Source of the DNA: Podarcis bocagei
Taxonomy: Eukaryota
Assembly: GCA_964188305.1 (NCBI GenBank)
Contig: OZ076890.1
Reading direction: 5' to 3' (one strand)
Length of the DNA stretch: 64,000 bases
Numbering within the stretch: position 1 is the stretch's first letter; the number at the start of each line of letters is the position of its first letter. Positions 9,148 through 22,653 of this stretch are shown piece after piece. Under the pieces are notes generated by a model that saw nothing but the letters and a program-made list of their open reading frames with translations, was not told the DNA's origin and did not search any database. Both the position numbers and the translations under genes were made by a program.

Positions 9148-12100
9148 CTTTTCAGCAGAAAAGCTAACATTATCACTTCTGAAGGGATTTTGTTTGAGCG
9201 CAATGTTCCTGTACGAGTGACGTGAGCCCGGATGAAAGGCAGTAAGAGAGTGCCATCTTGTGCTTATATTGGGAAATGTAGTTTAGGAAATAGAGGTGGT
9301 TTGGTGAGAGAGAAATCAGCTGTAAATGTTTAATATATGTAATAAAACTCAATGAGAGGCATGCATCTTAACTAACATTGGGCAGTCTACTGGAGACAGG
9401 GCTGCCAATTCTGTTCACTCATGTTTCCAGCCGGATAGCTCAGTTAAATGCAGACTTTATGAGTTTTCCAAGCATTGCCCAAATATTGTAGGTTCATTAG
9501 GTGTTTGCCAAGGAATAAGAACATGGGATAGATGCCATCAATACAATGGAATAGTGTGGCCACTTGTATTTGCATAAAATTTACCCTTACTAAGATATAG
9601 GTAGATATGCAAACTGAGAAATATTTAATTAAGCAGAAATACAATACCTCTCAGTGAGGGAGGTTATGACAGGAGATATGTCTGCTGTTTAAATGCTATC
9701 TTTTGATGGGTCTTCAAGGCATTGTATGGAATAAGTGTCTAACAAATGTGAATAACAACAACATGACTGGGTTACATGCACATGTGGTTGTACATGTCTG
9801 GGCCTTGTGTGACAAATTTATTCTCTATACGTATCAGGGTGATGTGCTCAGACTTAACTCCAGTCTCTCCTTATGCACAGACAATGCACCAACAAGCTCC
9901 GCTTGTGAACCAGCTCTCAGAATTTCTAAAACTAATGAAAACTGTCCAGACCTTCCCAACTGTAATTTTTGAAAAGCCGGTTCTCCGTAAGAATACATAA
10001 CATCCGCAGTCTAATCTGCTCCAATATCTGCAGCTTTTGTTGTTGGTATCAATCAAAACAAAACACTTCAGAAAGCAGGTATTCACCATGTTTGCATGGG
10101 GGTTAGCAGAACTTAAGCTTTCAAAGATAATTTTATAGGGAATACTCATTTTATTGTTGTAATGCATACTGTTCAGAACCGAAGAGTTGACATTTGGTAA
10201 CGCATTACCCTTTTCTTTTCGTGTTAGGTGAGCTTTGTCGGCAGATAATTCCTGTGCCATTTCCTTTCAATGTTCACTGGGTTCTTCACCTGTGTGCCAG
10301 AACAAATTTATCATGCCCTCTAAGTCCCAGTTTTTCTAAGCACCATCTAGAGGCCTCCCAAGTAAGAACCAAAGCCTGCTTGTGTCAAAATCAATAGCAA
10401 AACATCAATTGATTTCTATTTAGAACGATTTGAAGTCATATTGAATATACTGCAAGTGGGGCCAGGCATGTAGAAAAATGGGGATTTTGTCTTCCCTTTA
10501 CCTATTATTTCCTTCTTTGTGGACACAGGTGGTCTGCTTATTGGATTGCTCCTCTTCCTGACCACAGACAGGCCTTATAGAATCATAGAACTGAAGAGTT
10601 GGAAAGGGCGAGGGTCACGTAGTCCAGCCCCCTGCAGGAATATTTTGCCCAGTGTGGGTGTCAAACCGGAGACCCAGAGATTAGGCATCTCTCTGGGAGA
10701 GGGGGGCTTCCCATGGACCCAAACGAGGCTTGAGCAGTGCACTCCAACCTATCAGAGAATTTAGCAGTCCCACTGAATGGCACTGGGTCAAAGAAGGCTA
10801 ATCTAGCCTGGTTAAGAGTTCTGGAGATCTCAAGAGCTTGCCTCCACTTTTCGTGGCATTTTGGTTGGCCTAACAGAGCTGCAAACCTAATACAGATTTC
10901 AGGTGCTGTTTTTCAAATGGGCCAGCACCTATTTTGTTGAGAAACAGCGAGCCTTGAAATATTCAAAATACCTCTTTTCACATTTTTGTGACTCATTCAT
11001 AACAGCACTGCACTTCCCGTAGGGAGAACTTTCCCATTGACAACTTTGCAATCCCACTGACTGAAGAGGATCCAGTCAGTTGATGCTGTGCGCAATTGTT
11101 GCTTACCAAATTAATTCCCTTTTATCACTATCCTAGGTAAAGATTGCTGAGTGACATCCTGCACCACACTGGGCAACATCAATTGCAACACCCTTTCACA
11201 TGGTTTAACTCACCACCCTGACAGTTTGATGCATGTAGCCTAGTCTGGAAGACACAGTGCACCAGCCTGAAAAAAACACGGTACAAGCAAGAGCTGTTTT
11301 CTCAAAATGTCAGAGATAAAAATTACATGAGAAAATAGGTGGCTGGAATTTTCAGGGAACTGGCACCCTGATCCTCAAATGGTGGCCACAATCCAGTTAA
11401 GAGTTAGTCATGTACAAGCTCCACTGAAAGCAGAGGTGCGCAGTGCAATCTTATGCATGTTTACTTGGAAGTAAGACCCACTGTGTTTAAGGAGGCTTAC
11501 TCCCTAGTAGGCTTGTTTAAGACCAGAACTGTGTATGTGTCGCTAGTAATATGCTTCATTGGCTTCAAAAGAACTTAACCATTCTTAACTTTAGTTGGGT
11601 CAGAACCAATGTATGAAAATAAGCCTGCTCATTTTGGTACATATACTGCTATGTGTACATTTTCCTTCCAAGTTTCAAAGCAAATTTATCTTTCATTATT
11701 GGATTCAAAGAGGGGGCAGTTGACCAATTTCTCTTTGTTTAGAGAGGGAGTGACTAAGACCTTTTCAGGGATGAAGAAGAACCTTTTTCAGCCTGACAGC
11801 CAAATGTCCTTATGGACAACCTTTCCCGGGCCATATGTTGATTGTGGGCATGGCCAGAGGCCAACAGTGGGTGGAGCAACAGGTGAGAATCTTACCTTTG
11901 TACAGTAGGTGACATTTGAGCTATGCAAAAATCAGGTGTTTACACACACACACCAAATACCTCCATAACAGACAAGCACTACGCCTTATCACAGTTCAAG
12001 GAGACATTCCAGCCAGGGGTAAATTTTTGTGGAGGATGCATTGTGGGGGAACTGAGGGGTGTCTCTGAGGAAGAGTTGTGGCCTGGGGAGAGTCCTGAGA

Positions 12101-12733
12101 GTCAGACTGAGACATCTGGATTGGGCCACATTTGGTCTCTGGGTCTAAGGTTCCCCACCCTTGGCTCATATAATAACCATACAGTATTATTAAATACCAG
12201 TTGCTTAGCGAATTGTTTTAAATACTACAGTCTGGGGTTTTTTACTTGTTCAGTACATAGGTTGACAAGGATNNNNNNNNNNNNNNNNNNNNNNNNNNNN
12301 NNNNNNNNNNNNNNNNNNNNNNNNNNNNNNNNNNNNNNNNNNNNNNNNNNNNNNNNNNNNNNNNNNNNNNNNNNNNNNNNNNNNNNNNNNNNNNNNNNNN
12401 NNNNNNNNNNNNTTTTCAGATCCAGAGTTGAGTCCCTAAGGTTGGACGGCGCCTTGTATGCCTCTTTCTAGCAACTCCTGCAGCCAATCTGCTTTCCTTT
12501 GGACCACACCAGCAAGGCCAAGAGGAGGGTCTTGTTGTCTCTGCAGCCCAGGCCTTCCACACATACTGCCCAGGCTTACGTCCCGGGGAGGTCACTTTGG
12601 TGCTGCTAATACAGCGGTTTGACTTCACCCCTGGAGGCACACTCCATTGTCTCTTGAGACAGACAGCTGTCAACAACAAATATGCCTGGATAAGAAACAA
12701 CACTTTAATAACCCATCAGGCAAAACAAAACAC

Positions 12734-12858
12734 TTAAAGGTATAACAGAAACCGTTTCAGCTCATCTGGTAGCAGAAGTTCACTCATTCTCTGTCGCTGT
12801 TTGCATCTCAAGGACTTCCGTATGCAAAGGCGGCACAACTGCATCAAGGAGAAGGGCC
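12734..12858 (-). CDS. ASB9: ASB9 last coding exon (SOCS box)
   Basis: ag|GPFSLMQLCRLCIRKSLRCKQRQRMSELLLPDELKRFLLYL*. 125 nt. The seven exons sum to 885 nt = 294 aa, the same as human ASB9. Confidence 0.93.
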
Positions 12859-14441
12859 CTGGAGAGGGGAAGAGGCCAAAGAAACAAGCAAGGTATTATT
12901 GACTTCATAACACTTTCCCACAAAACACCGTCTGCAGCTGCATCACAAGGTCAGCTTTTCCCGAAGCAGCTGCACTGAAACAAAACAGCTTTGAGTTCTC
13001 TACTCTCACAGTGCACCTGAAAGCTTCAAGAAATTCTTGTGTTTGACTTTTCCAAATTGAGATATATTGTTCAAGGTCAAAAGCAAATTACTGCATAAGA
13101 GAAATATGGGCTGAAACAAAGACAAACAAAGCAACTGACTGTATTACAAAGGCTACTGCTAAATGGGCAATGAAATAATATAAAAATAGATTTGATTGTC
13201 TGTAATCTTTGGGTCTATAATCTTTAAAAAAAAATTGCAGCAACCAATTATTGCCATACGGCTTTAAGATGAAAGTGAAATAGCAATTTTCTGGAATAAC
13301 ATTGATTTTAGTTAAGTGGGCCATTCTACTTTCTCCAGCCCCAAATGGTGATAGTAGTGGGATTTCATCCTTGACCATTATCTGTGGGAAAGAGTTAAAT
13401 ACTGCCTTTACCTCAATGAATTTGCAATCCTTTTCTCCCCTTGCTGAAACTGCAGGGCAGGGTGGAGGGAGAGAGAAAAATAGATACAAAGGAGAAGGTC
13501 AGAGTGATAGCGCTGATTTCTAGACAGGAGAGATTGTCTATAGAACGGGAAGTTGCTAGTGCAAGTTCTACACAGCTCAAAACCATCTAGGAAGGCAATT
13601 GAATAACTGAACAACAGATCTCCTGGGGAAAATACACAGGAAGTTAATTGGGTTAAAAGAGTAAGATTTTCTGAACTTTTTTTGGGGGGGGGAACAACCT
13701 CAAAGCTGAACGGGGGGGGGGAAGGGAGGATTATCTTTTGATCATGATATCATGCAAAGCAGATGCTCAGTGTGGAAGCAGCTTTTGTCAGCAAAAACCC
13801 CTAAATTTATCCCCTCAGCTACATTAGTGGTTGCAGAGGTCTCCCCTCTGATATAAAGTCAAAAATTGAATTTGAAGGGGGGGGGAGTTATCTCTCTCGG
13901 CCCTGACACCCCTCATAGAGTAGCATGCACAAACCGTGTCACAACCGTGTCACAATGGATTTCAAGCAGGGAGCAGAATGCAGATCTCTAGGTCTCTCAA
14001 GTAAATGAAGAGCAGGCAGAAAAGGGGAAACTTTCCTCTGCGGCCATGATCCAGTGGTAACAGGGGAAATTGCCTTTCCAGCATCAAAGACTACATAGAG
14101 TGTAATATCTGAATATGGGCACAGTATACAGATTTCCCAATGATTTTTTTAAAAAACCCACCATCAAAATACTTATTTATGTACAGCCTCAGTGAGATTC
14201 ATACTTGAGGCCTTCAAAACATTTCACAATAGTATAATAACTATACATAGATAGCAAGAGTTAGGCTATGCACATATTTCATCTTTTATTTATCCCTTGA
14301 AATGATTCCACACAGATGCAACTATGTTGGCGGGAATAATCTACTGTAGTACATCAGGCCTATACAGCAAACCTTCTAAGGCTTCATATATGACATCTAC
14401 ACTAGCATTATAAAAAAACACCAACCCACCATCATTTATAT

Positions 14442-14577
14442 CAGGCATAGGCAAACTCGGCCCTCCAGATGTTTTGGGACTACAACTCCCATCATCCCTA
14501 GCTAACAGGACCAGTGGTCAGGGATTATGGGAGTTGTAGTCCCAAAACATCTGGAGGGCCGAGTTTGCCTATGCCTG
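14442..14577. mobile_element. Palindromic hAT MITE
   Basis: Long inverted arms CAGGCATAGGCAAACTCGGCCCTCCAGATG... and an exact 8-bp TSD ATTTATAT (14434-14441 / 14578-14585). Degenerate relatives lie at about 17595-17713, 25640-25770, 49662-49798 and 50810-50915. Confidence 0.88.
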
Positions 14578-14904
14578 ATTTATATCATACAATGCATATC
14601 CCTTAGTGTCTGTATATAACATTTTGATCTAAGTGAATATGTGTGTCTAAGTGTGTAGACGTAGATATAAATATATGCATAAAGAGTCAGACTGAGCTTA
14701 CAGTCTCCTATCCTGGAAAACATAACAAGCAGGACCAATGTGAATTAGTTTTATGCTCATCAGGAAATATGCAAAAGGAAATATAAATTTTGTGTGATAA
14801 GGAGGGTCCCCAAATTTGCTTACAGATCTGAAACAATACAGTCCCACTGGTCTGTTTTTCTTTTACACTATCTGCTGTATTCTTTCAATGCAACAAATAG
14901 TATC

Positions 14905-14967
<63 letters not shown>
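14905..14967. repeat. (AAT)n microsatellite
   Basis: Direct observation. Confidence 0.95.
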
Positions 14968-14970
<3 letters not shown>

Positions 14971-15549
14971 ACTACATATGCACAAGAAAATCGAGTCTAT
15001 TTTGATGGGTATAAATTTGCTGAAAAGAAGTGTATAGCAGAAGGGAACCTGCTATCAAAGCATTCACATGTTATTGTCACACCAGATGATTCATATTGGC
15101 AGTACATCCTACAAGACTTTTTTTCCTTCTTGGAGCACTTTCCCACCCAACTTATTTCTGTTTCATACCAAGAAATATGGGTGTGGATACTTGTCTCTGA
15201 ACAAAAATCGCAAAGAGTAACTAGGATAAAAACCAAGGTTTTGGAGTTACAAGAACACACAGTTCTACTTTCTTCTGAGACCTGGATCCTACAAAGATGC
15301 CCTTGAATGTGTAGCAATCGGCATGTGTACTCCCTATCATAACTTGAGGGTCACATTGTGGCATCAGTTGTTGTAACCAATGCGAGTTATCTGCATGGTT
15401 TTTTTTATTATTATTTAGCTCAGATTAACAAGTATAATTAACAATGTGGTGGGAGGAGAGAGAGAGAGAGAGAGTGTGTGTCCTTTTCAAAGCTTGATTC
15501 AGCACTCTTAAATACTTTGAATTTGAATGAAACCAAGATTAATAGGCAC

Positions 15550-15741
15550 CTTCTCTCTGCAGCAGTGTCTGCACTAGCGTGTTGTTTGGAGGAACCAGGT
15601 CTGCTGGCTTTTTGCCCTCGGCATTCACAGCCCCGATGTCTGCTCCAAACTCAATAAGTAAATGCACTAAATTAGCATTGGAGGTCTGAGCAGCCACGTG
15701 GAGAGGGGAATTCAGTCCTTTCCCAGTATTTGCACTCGCTC
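15550..15741 (-). CDS. ASB9: ASB9 coding exon 6 (ankyrin repeats)
   Basis: GASANTGKGLNSPLHVAA...VQTLLQREG. 192 nt, AG/GT boundaries. Confidence 0.93.
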
Positions 15742-17189
15742 CTGGGGGGAGAAAAGGAAAGGAAAAAGTTAAAACTAGCAAAAGCTGCAGTTCCCCATAT
15801 TCTTTATTACCTCTGGTCAGTTTAAGGATCATTTAAGGCTCACACAATCTCCTCCTATATATGCACATTAGTTGCTGGGGGTTTTTTAGTTTAAATTTCA
15901 ACTGGCTTCAAGCCTGTTCACGGACTTTGGCTTGCAGCCAAAGCAACGTGGAAACTGAACACGCATGAAAGGATTCGGGGATGTTCACAAAGAATGATTG
16001 ATGCCTTTGCACAGTACAGGTCCCAGTGTTCTTGACAATTAACCTAACAAGCAAATATTTCAACCCACGTAGGTTGTCTCAGGCAGGTGTTTGAGTTGGC
16101 AGGAGAACAGAGAGCAAACTGTAGAAAGCTGCAAGGCAAGTTCACTTCTGTCTGCGCAAAATTTGTTACAGTTTAGCCAAACTGAGGTACTCACTCTGGT
16201 TTCATTAGGTGTGAATCTCTCAGTTCGGCAACTCAAACGTCCGGCGCGGCTTCCGCTTGAGTTCAAGAAGCTCTTGCAACCAATCAGAAGCCGTGCCTCG
16301 GTTGCCAAATATTTCAGAAGTCAAACGGTCTTCCAGAATGGATTACGTTTGACAACCAAGGTTTGACTGTATCTGTTATTCTACTGTGAGACAGGAACCT
16401 GTGCACTCCCNNNNNNNNNNNNNNNNNNNNNNNNNNNNNNNNNNNNNNNNNNNNNNNNNNNNNNNNNNNNNNNNNNNNNNNNNNNNNNNNNNNNNNNNNN
16501 NNNNNNNNNNNNNNNNNNNNNNNNNNNNNNNNNNNNNNNTCCTGATCACTGGCCATGCTGGTTGGGGCTGATAGGATTTGGAGTTCAGCAGGCTTCTCAT
16601 CCCTGCTATAAGGGTATGGTATGTTCCTAGTGGCCTTAAGTAAATTTGCAATTTTAATGCAATCAGCGCAAGGAGAAGAATACCCTCTGTACTCCTGATC
16701 TGAGGAGAGACTGTGGCTCAGTAGGCTTCTCATGGAAAAGGTCCCAGGTTCGGTCCCCAGCATCTCCTCATCGGGTTGGGAGGCATCTGACTGAAACCCC
16801 GACCACTGCCCATCTATACTGAGACAAATAGAGCTAGATAGACAAAAGATCTGGTTCATATAAGGGAGCTTCCTGTATTGCTATGATGGGGTGGACAGGT
16901 TCAAGAAGGGGCGTGGGTGGTTTTGTGTTTACATCGGCCACGGCCCCCTCTGAGTAAGGAGAACCTTGTTGTGGTGGATCTAACTTGTTAAAATATGAGC
17001 TTATTTATTTCAGTGGCTGCTGTCCAAAGAGATACCCTGGGATCTGTTAACACCTTAAAAATTCTGCAGGCAAAATTCTTGCATCACTGTTATTTCCCTT
17101 TTGGGGGTGGGGATTCATTCTTCCCTTGCTGTTTTTGGAATTCCCTCCCTCTACTTAGGTTTTCTAAAAACTATTATATACCTGTATAA

Positions 17190-17437
17190 CTGAAGGAGCG
17201 ACTCCACCTTCATCATCCAACCCAGATACTGAGAAGTCCAGGCAGAGGACCTTCTTGATAGTGGAATTCACCCTGCGGAATGCCCTCCCATCAGATGTCA
17301 AGCAGATAAACTAATAAACAACTATTTAACTTTTAGAAGACACCTGAAGGCAGCCCTGTTCAGGGAAGTTTTTAGTGGTTGATGTTTTATTGTGTTTTTA
17401 GTATTTTGTTGGGAGCTGCCCAGTCAGATGGGCAGCA

Positions 17438-17484
<47 letters not shown>
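17190..17484 (+). mobile_element. L2-clade LINE 3' fragment with (TTA)n tail
   Basis: Degenerate match to the 3' end of the L2 copy at 17720-18595, in the opposite orientation. Confidence 0.75.
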
Positions 17485-17485
<1 letters not shown>

Positions 17486-17719
17486 AGATCTCCTCAGGCT
17501 GGCTCATAACCTTTCTTTTGTGCGTGGATGATGTCATTTTGGCTTCATAAGGATCCATCTTTGAAGAGAGAGTTTGCTCTTGGCTTACAAATCAAGGGTA
17601 GCCGACATGGTGCTCTCCAGATGTTTTAAACTACAATTCCCATCAGCCCCAGCCAGTGTGGCCAAAGGTCATGGATAACTGGAGCTGTAGTCCACCATGT
17701 TGCCTACCCCTGCTGCAGG

Positions 17720-17778
<59 letters not shown>

Positions 17779-18595
17779 TTATTATTTATACCCCGCCCAT
17801 CTGGCTGGGTTTCCCCAGCCACTCTGGGCGGCTTCCAAAAGAATATTAAAATACTGTGATACATCAAACATTAAAAGCTTCCCTAAACAGGGCTGCCTTC
17901 AGATGTCTTCTAAAAGTCTGGTAGTTGTTGTTCTCTTTGACAGCTGGTGGGAGGGCGTTCCACAGGGAAGGCACCACTACCGAGAAGGCCCTCTGCCTGG
18001 TTCCCTGTAACTTGGCTTCTCGCAGTGAGGGAACCGCCAGAAGGCCCTCGGTGCTGGACCTCAGTGTCCGGGTAGAACGATGGGGGTGGAGACGCTCCTT
18101 CAGATATACTGGACCAAGGCCGTTTAGGGCTTTAAAGGTCAGCACCAACACTTTGAATTGTGCTCGGAAACGTACTGGGAGCCAATGTAGGTCTTTCAAG
18201 ACCGGTGTTATATGGTCTCGGCGGCCGCTCCCAGTCACCAGTCTGGCTACTGCATTCTGGATTAGTTGTAGTTTCCGGGTCACCTTCAAAGGTAGCCCCA
18301 TGTAGAGCGCATTGCAGTAGTCCAAGCGGGAGATAACCAGAGCATGCACCACTCTGGCGAGGCAGTCCGCGGGCAGATAGGGTCTCAGCCTACGTACCAG
18401 ATGGAGCTGGTACACAGCTGCCCTGGACACGGATTTAATCTGTGCCTCCATGGACAGCTGTGAGTCCAAAATGACTCCCAGGCTGCGCACCTGGTCCTTC
18501 AGGGGCACGGTTACCCCATTCAGGACCAGGGAATCCTCCACACCTGCCCGCCTCCTGTCCCCCAGAAACAGTACTTCTGTCTTGTCAGGATTCAA
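17720..18595 (-). mobile_element. 5'-truncated L2-clade LINE (C-terminal ORF2, 3'UTR, (TTA)n tail)
   Basis: Open 243-aa ORF 17864-18595 with L2 motifs NPDKTE, LGVILDSQLSM, SRLDYCNAL and HITPVLKDLHWLPV. Microsatellite tail at 17720-17776. Confidence 0.92.
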
Positions 18596-18614
18596 ATAAC
18601 ATTTTAAAAATTAC

Positions 18615-18749
18615 CTGACTCAAGTAATTTTTTGACACAGTCCTCTTGCTGGCTCTCACAAGCGACGTATAGTGGAGTACCAAGATGCTTTATGTTGTGA
18701 TCAATATTGACTCCGTGGGATACAAGGGCTTCCACACATTTGGTGTGAC
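18615..18749 (-). CDS. ASB9: ASB9 coding exon 5
   Basis: GHTKCVEALVSHGVNIDHNIKHLGTPLYVACESQQEDCVKKLLES. 135 nt, AG/GT. Confidence 0.93.
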
Positions 18750-19436
18750 CTTAAAGGATTACAGGCAGTTTATAAGTCGTATCAAAACCAACCTGATGAC
18801 TAAAACATTGTAGCCTTGATAGAAATCAGCAAGGCTTTGCTGTCTTTTCAACAATTTTCCAGTTTCATCCACTCTCTTTGTCTCTAACAATAAGGTTTCT
18901 TTTTCTGCCAAATTTTAATGAACCTATTTGGTGGGATTGACGGTTGCTGCTTCTGCACAATAAAATTCAAACAAACATTGTTTCCTGCATTATCTTATTT
19001 CCTAACCACCCCAAGAAAACAGGGCTAGCCCTCTTAGAAAGCCAGTGTGATAGAAGTTGTGCTCAGTGATAACACTAAACCATGGTTTATCATTATGGTA
19101 ATAAGGCTACTCTCTTCCAGGACTTGCACCTCCCCTCCCTCCTTTGGTGCATCTGTGAGGTAGTGATTGGAATCACTTTCTGTTTCAGATTAACTGCAGT
19201 TAGGCGTGTCATTCAAACCCAGTACTGTGGTTGATGCTGGTTAGTGAAAACAAACCGGCTGCATAAACCATGGTTTGATTAAACATACATACACATCACA
19301 GGTGGTTTTGAGTTTATATGCAACCCATGCATTTAAATGAAACAATGGATAAATAAAAAAGGGGAAAAAACAAAATAAAATGAAACAATGGATGCAAAGA
19401 TTGTGTTGGCATAAAGGCACATCTGCTGACATTTAC

Positions 19437-19587
19437 CTCGCTTAGCAGCTTCGTGGATAGGTGATGCCAGATCGCACACGGCATGGGGGCTGGCTCCATG
19501 CTGCAGTAACAGGTTCAAGCAGTCTACACTGCCACTGACACAAGCATTGAACAAAGGGGTGTTCCAGTCAATGGTAGCCATGTTCAC
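19437..19587 (-). CDS. ASB9: ASB9 coding exon 4
   Basis: VNMATIDWNTPLFNACVSGSVDCLNLLLQHGASPHAVCDLASPIHEAAKR. 151 nt. Confidence 0.94.
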
Positions 19588-20170
19588 CTGAAAGGGAAAG
19601 AGCCAGCAATGTAGATGTTGCCTAAAGCAGTGGAACAAGCATTGGGAAAACAGCCATGCAAATGAATATTGACTAACCACCCCACCATAAGTCATTTTGT
19701 TGGCATTAAGCGTGACATTTTCGTCAGCCAGAAATAAGCATATGCCACCTAGCTTTCAATTTGAGACCTTCTTGCTCTTTTCAGTGCTAAGACACAGTCC
19801 TAAGAACGTTTGGAGCATTATCAAAATGTGGTTTGCTCATACCCTGTTCCCATCCAGCCAAGATCAGGGGCAATGACTTTCAGAGATTCCAGCCCCTGGC
19901 CTTGTTTTCTATAAACAAATTACTACAATCAGTCAGCAGCAACCTTGCACATAGCATATGCAATTCTAGAATATTTATTCTATTCTTAATAGATTGTCCT
20001 GGCGGTGATTGGGAAGGATTTTTTCCCAACCACAGATTGGTCAGCGACAATGAGAAAGTAGTGCCGAGTGTTTGTGTGTGTGTCATCATTGGCATGGCTC
20101 ACTTTCTTGAGCTATCAGGGCATCTTATTTCTGCATGCACCCAAATCCCAGACATCTTCAAGTTACTCAC

Positions 20171-20278
20171 ATTGGCCCCGTGTTTTAACAAGACACTGGC
20201 ACAGGCAGAATGTCCCCCTAAGCAAGCTTCGTGGAGAGGAGACACACAATCTGCTGTCACAAGATTCACACTACTTCC
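20171..20278 (-). CDS. ASB9: ASB9 coding exon 3
   Basis: GSSVNLVTADCVSPLHEACLGGHSACASVLLKHGAN. 108 nt. Confidence 0.93.
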
Positions 20279-22573
20279 CTGGTTTAAAATAAAAAGAAAG
20301 GATAATTAGAGGCTGATCCCTGCATGAATCTGAAATGTTTTATGTTGCCAGCAGTGCAAGTCTATTCACTAATACTCAGAGGCAAGTCCCATTAATTTAA
20401 ATTAAATGAGGTAAGTGTTGTGTACAGCATCACAGTCCTAAGCACTGGAGCACCCTTGGTCTCAGAGACGGTAGCGATTGTTGTTTCAGTTGCGTAAGTC
20501 CCACTGAGGTGAGGAAGGATTGTAGGACACTGCCTCAGACCATTGGTCCATTTAGTTCAAAATTCCAGACACTGACTGGTAGCTAGTGGTGGACAAATCT
20601 GTCACCTTGTTCTCTCATTTTATCCATTTTTCAAATCTTAAATTCAGTGCTCGACATTTCTGCAGCAATGTGGGATTTTTTAATTCTCACAAAAAACCAT
20701 CAGCATTTTCATGCAAATTTATCCTAATAAACACATTTTCACATGCAGTGCCGGCTAATATACATTTCTGTAAGCAATTTCCTCCTAACAGGATACCTTT
20801 TCTAAATATAGAATCGAACACTTTCATCTAATACACTCATATTCACATTCTTTGGTTGGAGAACTACATTGCAAAGTTCAGAGACTCTGCACAGCTGTTG
20901 TTAATATACTACTGCATTAGTCAGCAGTGCCATTCCCCACACCCATGTTCCTTTTGCAATGCCTATTTACAAGTAAATTCCACTCAGGAAGGTTCATCCC
21001 GATGCTAATGACAAGCCTCCTGTTTGCAGTTTCAGCTTGTTGATCTGGGCTCTGATCTAAATAGCCTTTGTAAATTTCCACAATGTCCGTTTCTTTTCCA
21101 GAGTGGTGGGGGTGATACCCTCTCACTGTTTTCTCTTTTCTTTTTCAAACGGTAAAATGGCATTAAGTTTCAACATTTAAAAATGAGAAAAAGGAAGTGA
21201 GAAGAAATCAGTAAGTAAGGCTACCATCCTAACTTGACAGCAAATCCCATGGCACTCAATAGGACTGATTTCTGACATGGTTACAATTGCACTGTAAAAC
21301 TGCCCCACACCCTGCTACAATTCTGGAAAACGAAACAAACACAGGGGGAATTAGATAGGGTCTATTGCAGGCTTATTAACTACTCGCCCCTTGGCCTGGA
21401 TCAAAAGCAATAAAAAGTTCATCAATAAAATGGACTGTACTTGCAAAGACAGAGTGTTCAGTTTAAAGGCACTGGAGCCCCGAAATACCGTAATAGCATT
21501 TCACCTGCTCACCCTGGACAAGCTGATGCTGCAACTGCATCTTATTGCAAAATAATCACTATAAATTGAGGGTAGAAAAACTTGGGGGGCTTACCCACAA
21601 AATACTAGACTGCAACAGTTAATAACAACAAAATACTAGACTGCAACAGTTAATAACAACACATATTAAAAAAGTGAGTGGACACAGAAAGAAGTGCTCA
21701 TATGGAAGCATCCCTGTTCACAGAATTGGAAGTGACCTCAAAGGCCATGTAGCCCACCTCCCTGCCAATGCAGCAAACAAGTGTCACAGCATCCCTGGTA
21801 GATGGCCTTCAGGCCTCCACTAAAAAAAAACTCTGAACAAAGGAGGATCCACCACCTTCCAAGGCAGTCTGTTGAGTACCAGCTAGTGGGGCAGAGTGTC
21901 ACTCACCTGGCTTCCCAAAACAGGTTGCTACCGATAATCAAGGGTGTGTTGAGGTGGCAGAGAGGTCAGCATGGTTGCAGGAGGAGAAGTGTTGGACTGG
22001 CTCTGCTGCTGCATCTGCACCACGCCAGCATCACCACGGCCTCACCTGCTCTGTTATCAGCAGTGACCTCCACATGGGAAGTCGAGTGAGCAATGCTGCT
22101 CCACCTCACCAGCTGCTACTGGTCTGGTCCATTCAACGATATCCTTCCTTTTGCCTTCAATACAACTTTCTTAATGGGATTAATGCATAGTGTTCCTCTT
22201 AAGCTATGCTACATGTTTATATATGATTCGTTTTATCAGCCCACTTAGTCAACATTAACATGTAGCTTCCAGAAAGCTCCCGCTGTCATTAGTGGACTTA
22301 TGCAAAAGTGAGATGGATAATCACCATTCCTCCTACAAAGAACAACTGAAAGGATCTCTTCCCTTTCCAACTCTCAACTCTTGGGGTGCTTTGTTTTTGT
22401 TTTCGTTTTGGTTTCGAATAGCTCACAAGACTACCATTTTCTGAAAACATTACATTTTAGTTCTCCTTCAGGTCAACACATATGTCAAACCTTTGCTACC
22501 TTACTGCATAAAATGGACAAGAGGCTTAATGAGCAAGGCAAAATCAATGTTTATCTCCCTAATGGTGCAGTAC

Positions 22574-22653
22574 CTGATGGATGAGTTTCTTCAGAGCAAG
22601 CAGCTGCCCATGAATGGAAGCATCGTGCAAAGGAGACCAGTCAGAAACAAAAT
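22574..22653 (-). CDS. ASB9: ASB9 coding exon 2
   Basis: DFVSDWSPLHDASIHGQLLALKKLIHQ. 80 nt. Confidence 0.92.

Noticed and set aside
9426-9445. GCCGGATAGCTCAGTT, resembling the 5' end of tRNA-Lys
   Set aside because: No anticodon or T arm follows, so this is not a tRNA gene.
11923-12471. Long ORFs at 11923-12471 and 16314-16859
   Set aside because: Artefacts of translating through N-gaps.
21599-21661. Short tandem duplications here and at about 31425-31490 and 37249-37322
   Set aside because: Two-copy local slippage duplications in non-coding DNA, not CRISPR-like arrays.
21905-22140. Exon-like GC-rich stretch in ASB9 intron 2 with a CAG|GTGAGT donor and a VEVTAD peptide
   Set aside because: No clear acceptor or ankyrin homology, and ASB9 is already complete at 294 aa. 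It is probably an old repeat remnant.
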